DNA from: a virus
Taxonomy: Duplodnaviria > Caudoviricetes
Direction: 5' to 3' (one strand)
DNA length: 36,259 nt
Virus record (IMG/VR): IMGVR_UViG_3300012940_000059
Span: 1 to 36,259 of that record
In this document: positions 9,925 through 18,780 of the stretch, in pieces
Layout of the letters: each line of letters starts with the position of its first letter
Position numbering within the stretch: the first letter of the stretch is position 1
Program-made: the position numbers and the translations under genes
Notes under the pieces: generated by a model
What the model was told of the DNA's origin: nothing
Seen by the model: only the letters and a program-made list of their open reading frames with translations
The model's database searches: none

Positions 9925-10080
9925 ATGCCGAGGGTACCCGGGACACGAGTGATCTTCTGTAGGTGTGGCCGCCGCGTAGTCGGCAAACCTAACGAGCAGG
10001 TCACGTGTCCCGGGTGCTTGCGGGCTTTGCGAATTCCAAGGGAGAGGGTGGATGGAAGCAAGCCTGATCGTCGCGGTTGA
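9925..10080 (+). CDS. Small Zn-ribbon protein
   Basis: CRCG...CPGC motif; fills the gap between the HTH gene and the RNase HII-like gene. Confidence 0.5.
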   Translation: MPRVPGTRVIFCRCGRRVVGKPNEQVTCPGCLRALRIPRERVDGSKPDRRG

Positions 10081-10720
10081 CGTTACTGGCGTCAATGCAG
10101 CTGCGGGGCCGATAACAGCGGGCGCTGTTATTTACCCGGTAAATGCGGTGGAGCCCGCTTTCAAGATCCCTGGCAACCCCTCCCCGGTGTACTTTCTGTC
10201 GACTCCCGACAGGATCCCGGCGGGGTACAGAGTGCCAGTGCGCGACTACGTATTGAAAAGCGCCCATTGCCGCGCCAGCACGAATGTCGAGGCGTGGCGG
10301 GTGTCGTCCTACGGTGTAAAGCTAGCCTCAGCGGAGGCGATGGCTTTGGCGGTAGCTCGAGTGGTAGAACGCCACATCCACCACTCCGACGACCCACACG
10401 CTATGCGTGACCAGATGCGGGCGGGGCTCGTGCATGTCTACATGCGCCAGGCGACCAAGCTACCGGAGCACCTCGTGCACCCGATGCTCAGACAGTTTAC
10501 GTCGATGGAAGACTGGCGGGTAGGTGCCGCCAAGGTGTATGCTCGCGTCGCTCATGCGCAGGAGATGGAGCGTATCGCGGACATCCACCCTGCCTACGGT
10601 TTCCACGAGAACCACGGCAGAATGTCCCCCGGGCACGAGCGGGCTTTGAGACGTAACGGGGTCACTACATTTCATCGGCCGAATCACCCTGCGGTTCGGC
10701 GCGTCTTGCAGCGGGGATAG
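10052..10720 (+). CDS. RNase HII-like protein, catalytically degenerate
   Basis: IVAVDVTGVNAAAGPITAGAVI resembles [22 protein letters not shown]. C-terminal AAKVYARVAHAQEM...HPAYGFHENHG...GVTTFHR resembles AASILAKV.RD...YPQYGF..HKGY...G..PIHR. Confidence 0.75.
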   Translation: MEASLIVAVDVTGVNAAAGPITAGAVIYPVNAVEPAFKIPGNPSPVYFLSTPDRIPAGYRVPVRDYVLKSAHCRASTNVEAWRVSSYGVKLASAEAMALAVARVVERHIHHSDDPHAMRDQMRAGLVHVYMRQATKLPEHLVHPMLRQFTSMEDWRVGAAKVYARVAHAQEMERIADIHPAYGFHENHGRMSPGHERALRRNGVTTFHRPNHPAVRRVLQRG

Positions 10721-10722
10721 CG

Positions 10723-10947
10723 ATGGCCAGCCGCCTCTACCAGCGCGTACCAACCAACCAGTGCGCGAAGTGTCTGAAGTCGTTTCAGCCGGGGGATCGC
10801 GTGACGATGTTCTTCATCGTCCACAGCGCGGGGAAGAACCCGAACAATCCGCGCGAGCTCGGCGCGACGCTGGGTGAGGAATTCGAGCTTGGGCATGTCG
10901 ACTGTACGAACCCGCAGCTCGCCGCCGCAGTCCTCATCGGAGGCTGA
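10723..10947 (+). CDS. Small Zn-finger-like hypothetical protein
   Basis: CAKC...HVDC; packed in operon. Confidence 0.7.
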   Translation: MASRLYQRVPTNQCAKCLKSFQPGDRVTMFFIVHSAGKNPNNPRELGATLGEEFELGHVDCTNPQLAAAVLIGG

Positions 10948-10949
10948 CC

Positions 10950-11438
10950 GTGAAGCCGAACAAGCCAGGTATCTTCGATCCGTGGCGCCAGGAAGCGCCG
11001 GAACCTCCGCCGGTGCCCAGGGGAGCGCCGCAGCTGTCGGATCCAGACGAAGGTGAGCCCCCTCTGCACTGTGTGCAGTACAAGGGCAAGACCGCCGGCG
11101 TCAACGTGTGGCTCGAAGGTGCCGACTGGGATCCCGAGGACGCGAAGATCGAGGGGCGGGACGTACTCATCAAGGTAGTCACGGAGCTGGAGCAGCACGA
11201 GGATCTCCGGGCGCGCCTGCACATGCGTGGCGTCAATACCGGAGGCTTCTTCTCCCCGAACGGGATGAGCCTACGGATCGTCGGAACCGACGGTCGGTGC
11301 ATGTGCTTCGAATCGGTGACTGACCCTGTGTTCGCGATCCAGAAGCTGGCACTGGCACTTCGCGAGGTGCAGGGGCTCAAGGGCTCACCTGCCCCCGCCA
11401 CCCTCGAGAAGCACCGCGTCAAGCCCTTCGTATTCTGA
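10950..11438 (+). CDS. Hypothetical protein
   Basis: 162 aa, GGAGG SD, high-GC3 codon usage. Confidence 0.75.
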   Translation: MKPNKPGIFDPWRQEAPEPPPVPRGAPQLSDPDEGEPPLHCVQYKGKTAGVNVWLEGADWDPEDAKIEGRDVLIKVVTELEQHEDLRARLHMRGVNTGGFFSPNGMSLRIVGTDGRCMCFESVTDPVFAIQKLALALREVQGLKGSPAPATLEKHRVKPFVF

Positions 11439-11445
11439 GGAGCGT

Positions 11446-11790
11446 ATGGACAAGATCACGATTCCCGATGGCCACGGCGGTTGGACCGAAGTCCCCGCGC
11501 AGCGCATGGGCGGAAAGACCAAGGCCGACGAGAAGAAGCAGGCCGAGGGTGCCGGGCAGCAGTTCATCCACGAGGCCGGCGAGCTCACCGAGCGTCTGGC
11601 CAAGTTTGCCCACTTGCACTGCAAGGAGAACGGGCTCACCCCTGAGCACCTCGCCTTCGCAATCTCTCTGCTCTGCGTGAACGTCCGAGAGGACTTTCCC
11701 AAGGGGAACAACGGCCCCGCGGGTTTCGACCAGATGGCGCTCGCAGCGCAGGATTACTACGATCAGAACGTGGGGAAGACGAAGAGATGA
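11446..11790 (+). CDS. Hypothetical protein
   Basis: 114 aa, GAGGAG SD. Confidence 0.8.
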   Translation: MDKITIPDGHGGWTEVPAQRMGGKTKADEKKQAEGAGQQFIHEAGELTERLAKFAHLHCKENGLTPEHLAFAISLLCVNVREDFPKGNNGPAGFDQMALAAQDYYDQNVGKTKR

Positions 11791-12137
11791 GCCAGCGCAT
11801 CACGCTCGAAGCAGAGGCGGCATTCCTCCTCATGGTGGCCCGCCGCATCCTGAACCACCAGCGCGCCGCCGAGGCCGACGGCGAGACGTACCACGACCTC
11901 TCCCAGCCCGGGACGCTCCAGTGCGGCGCCAAGGCGAAGATGCGCTTCTTGAAAACGGGCAGCGGCTACGCGCCGGAGCTCGAGGTGTATCCGCAAGACC
12001 ACAAGCACACACCGGACATCTGCGAAAAGATTGCAGCAGAACTCCTCGGCGGACCCGTCTCGCAGGAGGGTACGATTGTGGGGCCGCGCAAGGGGCTGAT
12101 CGCCCGCGTGTACCGGCGGAAGGAGCTGGCGACATGA
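11787..12137 (+). CDS. Hypothetical protein
   Basis: 116 aa, ATGA coupling at both ends. Confidence 0.75.
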   Translation: MSQRITLEAEAAFLLMVARRILNHQRAAEADGETYHDLSQPGTLQCGAKAKMRFLKTGSGYAPELEVYPQDHKHTPDICEKIAAELLGGPVSQEGTIVGPRKGLIARVYRRKELAT

Positions 12138-12532
12138 AGCCGAAGCTCTACGTCGCGCTCGAAGGTCCCATCCTGCTGCCGGGTACGCCGGACAGCGGCT
12201 TCAAGCCGGCAGTCGCCTCTTACGCCAAGAGCTTCTTGCACTGGGCGAAGGATCGCTTCAACGTCGTCATCCTGACCGACAGTGCGCTGCGGGAGGGCCT
12301 GCGGGTCATCTCCGAGATGGGTCTCGCCCTCCCTGTGCGCGGCTACGTCGATTCCAAGACTGAGGCCCTCGACCCCCAGGAGCACTACTTCTGGGTGGAC
12401 GCGGAACTCATCCCGTCCGAGGTTGCGTTCCTCGCGCAGCACGGACACCACCCCCGCTTCCTTCAGGTCGATTCGACCAAGGGAGTAACGCCCGAGATCA
12501 AGACAAAGCTCGAGGGCTACATCCGCAAGTAG
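12134..12532 (+). CDS. HAD-fold-like protein, apparently degenerate
   Basis: Start MKPKLYVALEGPILL (AGGAG SD, ATGA overlap). Layout matches HAD motifs I (LxLDxDG), II (VVILT) and IV (FWVD), but the motif-I Asp residues are absent. Confidence 0.5.
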   Translation: MKPKLYVALEGPILLPGTPDSGFKPAVASYAKSFLHWAKDRFNVVILTDSALREGLRVISEMGLALPVRGYVDSKTEALDPQEHYFWVDAELIPSEVAFLAQHGHHPRFLQVDSTKGVTPEIKTKLEGYIRK

Positions 12533-12553
12533 GTAGAGGAGCAACCGACCCAA

Positions 12554-12877
12554 ATGGCGACCGAAACGATCCAGTGCCTTGACTGCAACAACGACTTCTA
12601 CTTCACCGACCGCGACCAGCAGTTCTACGCAGAAAACGGCTACTCGAAGCCGAAGCGCTGCAAGCCCTGTCGTGACACCCGCAAGGCGGGCAAGAACAGC
12701 TTCCAGGCGCAGCCGCAGCAGGCACCGTCCTCGAACAACCCCTACGAGCCCGGGTTCTTCAATGACAACGACCGCCCCCAGCAGCGCCGCACCTACGACA
12801 ACGACCGGTCCCGCAACAACCGCGGTGTCGTACGAGGTGGCCGTGGCGGACGCCGGGGCTTGGACGACGCCTACTGA
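12554..12877 (+). CDS. Zinc-ribbon (zf-trcl-like) protein with RGG tail
   Basis: IQCLDCNNDFYFTDRDQQFYAENGYSKPKRCKPCR; C-terminal RGGRGGRRG. Confidence 0.8.
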   Translation: MATETIQCLDCNNDFYFTDRDQQFYAENGYSKPKRCKPCRDTRKAGKNSFQAQPQQAPSSNNPYEPGFFNDNDRPQQRRTYDNDRSRNNRGVVRGGRGGRRGLDDAY

Positions 12878-13100
12878 GGAGAAGATCCTCACGCCCATCA
12901 CCAACGGCGAGATCATGGCCTTCGCCAGCAAGAAGTGTCGGATTTGCTTCGGTGAAGGCATCGCACGGAAGATTACGTCTCCGAGCACATCCACCATGAC
13001 GGTCTGCGGCTGCGCCTTCCGCCGCTTCGAGGCGAAGGCAGGCCCGGACGTCATGTACGATCACAAGACCGGTGCCTGGTACCGGGTCACGGCTGCGTAG
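12843..13100 (+). CDS. Small Cys-rich protein (CxxCxGxG...CxC)
   Basis: CRICFGEG...VCGC; start uncertain (GTG at 12843 after GAGG). Confidence 0.55.
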   Translation: MADAGAWTTPTEEKILTPITNGEIMAFASKKCRICFGEGIARKITSPSTSTMTVCGCAFRRFEAKAGPDVMYDHKTGAWYRVTAA

Positions 13101-13150
13101 GGGCTGGGCGCCGTTTGAGCGCCCGCCCTGTCTCTCAAGGACAAAAAAAA

Positions 13151-14731
13151 ATGAACCAGTACCTCGATCTCCTTCGCGACGTTCGCAATAACGGCGTGCA
13201 GAAGGGCGACCGGACCGGCACCGGTACGCTCAGCGTCTTCGGCCGTCAGATCCGCTTCGACCTCTCGAAGGGCTTCCCTGCCGTCACCACCAAGAAGCTT
13301 TTCTGGAAGGGGACCGTAGGAGAATTGCTCTGGTTCATCGCTGGGGACACGAACGTCAAGACGCTCCAGGAGCAGGGCATTCGCTTCTGGGATGCCTGGG
13401 CACGTTCAGATGGTGATCTCGGTCCCATCTACGGAAAGCAGCTTCGGCGGATCGAGTACATGGAATGGGTTGAGCCCCGAATCTTCGAGCCTTGTAACGA
13501 GGCTCCCGTTCCCCAGTTCGACAAGAACATTGAGATCGACTGGAGCCATCACAAGACCAGGTTGCTCGGGACGACTTATCACAGTGAGGAGTACGGCCCC
13601 GTCACAGTGATCGCCGAGATACCCGGTGAACGTACCCAACTCACCATCAAGTTCCATCGAACTGGTGCTGTGCGTACTGTTCGCTACAATGACGTGCAGA
13701 AGGCTACCGCTGCCGATCTCTGGGCACCTACAGTCTTTGGCGTAGGTGTCTACGGAGATTGTGACTTCGAGGACAAGCACTACAAGCTACTCGTCACGGT
13801 TTGGCGGGAAATGCTCCGGCGCTGCTACCACGAGGACGGAAAGACCTACGCAGGCTATGGAGCCAAGGGCGTTCACGTCTCCCCAGAATGGCTTGTCTTC
13901 GCCAATTTTCAGCGAGACGCCAAGCGACTGCCTGGGTGGAACCTAAAGCTGGAATGGCCGGACGAATACAGCCTCGACAAAGACATCCTTTACGCCTCCA
14001 ATCGCTACGGCCGGGAGACTTGCCTTTGGGCTTCTAAGGAGGAGCAGGGCTTCAACACCAGCACCAACACCCCTTTCACGGCAATTTCACCAGAAGGTGA
14101 GCAGGTACTCTTCCGCAGCCTTGGTGAAGCCAAGCGTCGGTTCGATCTCAACCTCTCTGCTCTGCACCGCTGTCTGAACGGTGAGCTGAAGTCCCATCAT
14201 GGGTGGACTTCCTTCCAGTACGTGACCCAGGAAGGCAAGGTGCTCCGCACCCGGATCATCGATCAGCTCAAGGGAGTGATCGCTTCCTTGAAGCATGACC
14301 CGGATTCCCGCAGGCATCTCATCACGCTCTGGAATCCCCACGAGATCGACAAGGCAGCTCTACCCCCTTGTCACGGAACGGTGATCCAGTTCTATGTGAG
14401 CCAAGGCAAACTCTCTTGCCAGATGTACCAGCGAAGCGCTGACCTCTTGCTCGGAGTTCCTGTCAACATCGCCTCCTACGCCCTGCTCACCCACATGGTG
14501 GCCCAAGTCTGTGATCTCGATGTAGGCGAATTCGTCCATACATTCGGTGATGCCCACATCTACCTGAACCATCTGGATCAGGTAGATGAACAGCTCACCC
14601 GTGAACCCAAGCCTCTTCCGAAGCTCTGGCTCAACCCGGACATCAAGGACATCGACGGGTTCACCTTCGAGGACATCCAGCTCGAGGGCTACCAGTCGCA
14701 TCCGCCCATCAAGGCACCGGTCGCCGTCTGA
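13151..14731 (+). CDS. thyA: Thymidylate synthase ThyA with in-frame endonuclease insertion
   Basis: [76 protein letters not shown]; about 270 extra aa between QLRR and IDQL. Confidence 0.95.
   Translation: MNQYLDLLRDVRNNGVQKGDRTGTGTLSVFGRQIRFDLSKGFPAVTTKKLFWKGTVGELLWFIAGDTNVKTLQEQGIRFWDAWARSDGDLGPIYGKQLRRIEYMEWVEPRIFEPCNEAPVPQFDKNIEIDWSHHKTRLLGTTYHSEEYGPVTVIAEIPGERTQLTIKFHRTGAVRTVRYNDVQKATAADLWAPTVFGVGVYGDCDFEDKHYKLLVTVWREMLRRCYHEDGKTYAGYGAKGVHVSPEWLVFANFQRDAKRLPGWNLKLEWPDEYSLDKDILYASNRYGRETCLWASKEEQGFNTSTNTPFTAISPEGEQVLFRSLGEAKRRFDLNLSALHRCLNGELKSHHGWTSFQYVTQEGKVLRTRIIDQLKGVIASLKHDPDSRRHLITLWNPHEIDKAALPPCHGTVIQFYVSQGKLSCQMYQRSADLLLGVPVNIASYALLTHMVAQVCDLDVGEFVHTFGDAHIYLNHLDQVDEQLTREPKPLPKLWLNPDIKDIDGFTFEDIQLEGYQSHPPIKAPVAV
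13451..14257 (+). mobile_element. HNH-type homing endonuclease domain plus NUMOD1-like HTH inserted in frame in thyA
   Basis: [54 protein letters not shown]....Q..N, then [13 protein letters not shown]...LHRCLNG....HGW; boundaries approximate. Confidence 0.75.
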
Positions 14732-14745
14732 GGAGGGAGACGTCT

Positions 14746-15474
14746 ATGCGAGTTCTAGGTTTGCTAGGTGCCGCGGGGTCCGGTAAGGACACCGTCGCTC
14801 GGTTCATCCAGGGCGCGGACCCGGCGGTGGCGAAGATCTCCTTCGCCGACCCGATCAAACTATTCTGCCAGGAGGTCTTCGACTTCACGCACGACCAGCT
14901 CTGGGGTCCGAGCGAAGCTCGAAACGCGCCGGATCTGCGGTATAAGGACCTGGCGCAGCGTGAGCAGGCTCTGACCAACTTCTGGCAGCGCGCTCCCTAC
15001 TGGCTCGACGACATACTCCCGAAGGAGATCAAAAGCAGGGCCACCGTTGCACGGGCGTCGATGCTGCTCCTCGACTGGTTCCTAGGTGTTCTGCGCCGGG
15101 ACGACGTCACGCCACGCTACGCCCTCCAGGGCTTGGGCACTCAGTGGGGGCGCAACGTATATTCGAGCATCTGGATCGACTACGCGCTAAACAAGGCCCA
15201 GCAGCGTGTCGCCGAGGGCGCCTCGCTCGCCGTCATCACTGACGTCCGCTTCATCAATGAAGCACGGGTGATCAGTGATCTCGGCGGCGCGGTGTGGCGC
15301 ATCGTGCGCCCCAGCCTCGACACGTCCGCGGTGACGGCGGCAGGCATCGCCAAGCACGCATCCGAAGAAGAGCAGAAGAGCAAGGAGATCGAGGAGTACA
15401 TCGATCTCGACATCATCAACGACAGCACGCTCGAAGACCTCCGCAAGAAGGTGGAGGTGCTTCTGCGGAGATAG
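14746..15474 (+). CDS. Deoxynucleoside monophosphate kinase (T4 gp1-like)
   Basis: GAAGSGKDT P-loop, SFADPIK, TPRYALQGLGTQWGR, VITDVRFINE, HASE, IINDSTLEDL. Confidence 0.92.
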   Translation: MRVLGLLGAAGSGKDTVARFIQGADPAVAKISFADPIKLFCQEVFDFTHDQLWGPSEARNAPDLRYKDLAQREQALTNFWQRAPYWLDDILPKEIKSRATVARASMLLLDWFLGVLRRDDVTPRYALQGLGTQWGRNVYSSIWIDYALNKAQQRVAEGASLAVITDVRFINEARVISDLGGAVWRIVRPSLDTSAVTAAGIAKHASEEEQKSKEIEEYIDLDIINDSTLEDLRKKVEVLLRR

Positions 15475-15475
15475 C

Positions 15476-16141
15476 ATGAGCTGGAAACGACCGATTGAGC
15501 TCCCCGGCGTGGGCGACTACGACTTCGACTTCCATCCCTCGGGTTACGGTGGTCCGGTGTACTTCGCCTGCAACGTCAAGAACTGCGGGCACTTCGGAGA
15601 GCTTGACCCGAAGTACAAGCGAATGCTCGTCGTGCTGGAAGGGCGCGATGTCGCAAGTAGGGAGCAGCTCGAGCAGCAGGCGTACGAGCTGGTACAGGAG
15701 CTCTGGTGGGAGTGGGCGCAGGAGTACGCAGCGGAGGAGGGCCTAGGGCAGGTCTACTCGGCCGGGCGCTGCGGCGGCTGGCTGATACTCGACGAGTACA
15801 CCTGGGACCGCCTCACGCAGTCAGTCGAGGTGCACACCAGCGCCTGCGCCCACTGCACTTTCCCGCTCGAAGACCACGTCAACGGGAAATGTCTCTTCGA
15901 GGCCACGACGTTCAAGTCGAAGGAAAGCCAGCAGGAGTTCTTCGACCGCCTCGTAGCGTTCAAGAAGACCATCGAGGAATCGGCCGAGTACGCGCACGAG
16001 GACGTGAAGCACCAGCTCGAGTGCCTGATCGATAACGCGTGGGCTGACTACAAGTACGAGCGGAAGAGCAGCAGGGGACACCACCATGACACCGCGCAAG
16101 CCGGGAATGACGTCCAAAGCAAAGCCGTGGTCAGCGGCTGA
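15476..16141 (+). CDS. Hypothetical protein
   Basis: 221 aa, GRCGGWL motif and CxxC..H..C cluster. Confidence 0.75.
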   Translation: MSWKRPIELPGVGDYDFDFHPSGYGGPVYFACNVKNCGHFGELDPKYKRMLVVLEGRDVASREQLEQQAYELVQELWWEWAQEYAAEEGLGQVYSAGRCGGWLILDEYTWDRLTQSVEVHTSACAHCTFPLEDHVNGKCLFEATTFKSKESQQEFFDRLVAFKKTIEESAEYAHEDVKHQLECLIDNAWADYKYERKSSRGHHHDTAQAGNDVQSKAVVSG

Positions 16142-17084
16142 GCTCGAGTACCTGACGCACAACTACGCGGTCTACGACCGTTTTGAGCTGGCCCGGCGGT
16201 TACCGGGTAAAACGCCGAAGGACATCTACAACAAGCTCTACAGCATGGGCCTGAAACCGGTTCTGAAAGTGCGCCCACGGAAAGACGGATCCACTTACGT
16301 CATCGCACCGTGGACGGATAAGGAGATCAAACGCCTACGCGAGGCGGTCGAGGGTAAATCTCCTGAAGAACGGCCGTCGTCCCTCGCCCTGCTGGAGCTC
16401 CTCCCGGAGCGTAGCCGTAGTTCGATCAACAACAAGCTCAAGGAACTGGGGCTCGCTGTCGATATGAAGCAAGGGTGGCAGGCGTGGACCGAGGAGGACA
16501 TCCATCAGCTCATCCACCTTTCGGCTAAGCACACACCCCGTGACATCGCTAAGATCATGAAGAGATCATGGGTTGCCGTGAAGTCTAAGATGAAGACCCT
16601 GAACCTGAAGGCGTTCGACGGCACCTACAGTCTCGTCGGTCTCGCCAAAGAGACGGGGTACGACCACAGGCAGCTGATCCGCGCAAAACGTAAGTTGCGG
16701 CAAAAATGGACAAAGGTGAAGCACGGCAAGCGAGGGAGGTACATCATCGACTGGGAGCAGCGCGAAGAGCTCCTCGAGTACCTGAAGAAAGACAGCGTCG
16801 TCAGGGAGCCTCCCCCGATCTCCAGCTACTTCTGGAAATTCGTCGTTCAGAACGAGGCGACCGGTTGCTGGCACTGGAACGGACCGAACGCTGGTTGCTA
16901 CGACCCCCAGCAGGGTAAGTCCCGCGCACCGTACCGTGTCGCGCACGAACTCCTCAACGAGGGAGTCTCGGGTCCGCGTCTCTTCAACCAGTGCGGTACA
17001 AAAAATTGCGCGAACCCAAAACACTACGCGCGCCGCAAGTACCCTGACAGGAAGAGCAGCGTCAAGCTGAAGGATGCCGCATGA
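16086..17084 (+). CDS. Myb/SANT-like repeat DNA-binding protein with C-terminal HNH-like Zn-binding loop
   Basis: Three W(S/T)xxE/D..L repeats (PWSAAELEYL, PWTDKEIKRL, AWTEEDIHQL); C-terminal GCWHWNG...YRVAHELL...CGTKNCANPKH. Confidence 0.65.
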   Translation: MTPRKPGMTSKAKPWSAAELEYLTHNYAVYDRFELARRLPGKTPKDIYNKLYSMGLKPVLKVRPRKDGSTYVIAPWTDKEIKRLREAVEGKSPEERPSSLALLELLPERSRSSINNKLKELGLAVDMKQGWQAWTEEDIHQLIHLSAKHTPRDIAKIMKRSWVAVKSKMKTLNLKAFDGTYSLVGLAKETGYDHRQLIRAKRKLRQKWTKVKHGKRGRYIIDWEQREELLEYLKKDSVVREPPPISSYFWKFVVQNEATGCWHWNGPNAGCYDPQQGKSRAPYRVAHELLNEGVSGPRLFNQCGTKNCANPKHYARRKYPDRKSSVKLKDAA

Positions 17085-18394
17085 ACACTGACAACCGCCC
17101 CTCCTGGGACGAGTATTTCATGGACGCGGCGATCAACGCGTCGCGCCGAGCCACGTGCAACAGGAAGCACGTCGGCGCGGTCATCGTGAAGGACCGCAAC
17201 ATCATCGCCACCGGCTACAACGGCTCGCTGCCAGGCGATGAGCACTGCTACGACGACAACCACCTGATGGAGGACGGGCACTGCGTCACAGGAGATACCC
17301 TGATCTCAAAGTACCAAGAGGGGGGCTACAACAGCCGGCACCGGACAGTCCGGGAGTTGTACGACGCCTGGAACCTCCCCGCGCGGCGGCGGGGGCGTGT
17401 CCGTGATACGAGCATTCGCTGCGTGGCGCCTAACGGAGTCATAGTACCCGGTAGGATCACGGACATCTGGGAGGCAGGGGTAAAGTCCACCCTTACGATC
17501 ACGACGTTCTTAGGGCGTAGAGTGACGCTGACACGCGATCACAGGCTCCTTACTCCTGACGGGTGGTACTCGGCCGAGCAGTTGGTAGTTGGAAGCACGG
17601 TGGCGCTCAATGGCAGACACCTGGAAGACGATATCGACTGGCTGAAGCAACGGTACGAAGAGGGGATGACGGTACAGAAGATCGCGGCACTCGTAGGGCG
17701 GTCGCGCGGCTTAGTGCGGCGCAGGCTGCTTAGCGCCGGCGTGGCGCTGCGCCCTTTCAGCTTCGGCGGCTGGAATCGAGGGGCCACGCACGGAGGCTCT
17801 GGTACATACAAGGGACGTGACGTCACCGCGTCTTCAGCCCGCTCGCGAGCCCGCCGCTACGCACTAGGTCCGAGCTGCGTCGTTTGCGGAGATACCGGTG
17901 CTCTTCAAGTACACCATATTGACGGTGATCACCTGAACGACGCCCTGAGCAATCTGACTACACTGTGTGTGCCGTGCCATATGGTAGCGCACACACCGCA
18001 CGCCAAAGTAAAATCTGTGAAATTCGACAAGGTCGTGTCGATCGAGGACGCGGGGGCTCAGACGGTGTATGACCTGACGACGGAGCCCCACCACAATTTT
18101 GTGGGCGACGGCTTCGTGCTCCATAATTGTGTTAGAACTGTGCACGCGGAACACAATGCCATCCTCCAAGCCGCGAAGCACGGACACGCCACGAACGGCG
18201 CGACCATCTACACGACGGCCTCGCCCTGCGGGCCTTGCTTCAAGGCCATCGTGCAAGCGGGCATCAAGAAGATCGTCTTTGGGGAGGTTTACCGGGACGA
18301 GCGCATATACGTACACGCCCAGAAGAACAACATCATCCTAGTCGATATGATCGACTACATGAAGGAGCGTACACGTGGCAAAGAAGGCAGGTAA
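17081..18394 (+). CDS. dCMP deaminase (ComEB-like), intein-containing
   Basis: RPSWDEYFM, RATCNRKHVGAVIV, TGYNG, HAEHNAI, SPCGPC. Confidence 0.93.
   Translation: MNTDNRPSWDEYFMDAAINASRRATCNRKHVGAVIVKDRNIIATGYNGSLPGDEHCYDDNHLMEDGHCVTGDTLISKYQEGGYNSRHRTVRELYDAWNLPARRRGRVRDTSIRCVAPNGVIVPGRITDIWEAGVKSTLTITTFLGRRVTLTRDHRLLTPDGWYSAEQLVVGSTVALNGRHLEDDIDWLKQRYEEGMTVQKIAALVGRSRGLVRRRLLSAGVALRPFSFGGWNRGATHGGSGTYKGRDVTASSARSRARRYALGPSCVVCGDTGALQVHHIDGDHLNDALSNLTTLCVPCHMVAHTPHAKVKSVKFDKVVSIEDAGAQTVYDLTTEPHHNFVGDGFVLHNCVRTVHAEHNAILQAAKHGHATNGATIYTTASPCGPCFKAIVQAGIKKIVFGEVYRDERIYVHAQKNNIILVDMIDYMKERTRGKEGR
17282..18127 (+). mobile_element. Intein (282 aa) with HTH and HNH endonuclease
   Basis: Block A CVTGDTLI, block B TLTRDHRLLT, block F VYDLTTEPHHNFV, end VLHN followed by Cys+1; internal CVVCG..LQVHHIDGDHLND...NLTTLCVPCH. 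Confidence 0.93.
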
Positions 18395-18743
18395 GCAGCT
18401 CGTTCTCGAGGTGCACACGGTCGAGTCTCGCCCGATCAGTCCCGACGAGACCATCGCCGCCGGCACACTCCTCGTCATGAACGACGCCAGGGATGGCCGG
18501 GAGTGGTTTCTCGTCGCTCAGAGCGGCTTCGGGATGAACGCCAACGGGGACGGCAAGATCATCGGGTGCATCGGCAAGGGCCTCGACGATCTCCGCAAGA
18601 ACATCGAGCGGGTGAAGGCGGATGACGAGGAAGGCAAGCGGACCGGCCGGTTCAAGATCTACTGGGAGGAGGAGCACCCGCCGCTCTCCTTCTTCTATCG
18701 CTGCCGCGACGTGCGCGTGGTCACCACGCCGGTGGACCTCTAG
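18375..18743 (+). CDS. Hypothetical protein
   Basis: 122 aa, AAGGAG SD. Confidence 0.75.
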   Translation: MAKKAGKQLVLEVHTVESRPISPDETIAAGTLLVMNDARDGREWFLVAQSGFGMNANGDGKIIGCIGKGLDDLRKNIERVKADDEEGKRTGRFKIYWEEEHPPLSFFYRCRDVRVVTTPVDL

Positions 18744-18780
18744 CGCCTATCATTCTCCGGGGAGCAACCGGAGGTGGTAG

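Noticed and set aside
11921-12133. Upstream extension of the 203-aa ORF
   Set aside because: Overlaps the 11787-12137 gene; the coupled start with SD is at 12134.
13101-13151. GC hairpin (13101-13128) and A9 run before the thyA ATG
   Set aside because: The hairpin lacks a U-tract and the A-run may simply be a translation enhancer; too weak to call.
13451-14257. Intein or group I intron interpretation of the thyA insertion
   Set aside because: No block A/B/F/G motifs and no non-coding intron core were seen; reported instead as a non-splicing insertion pending tests.
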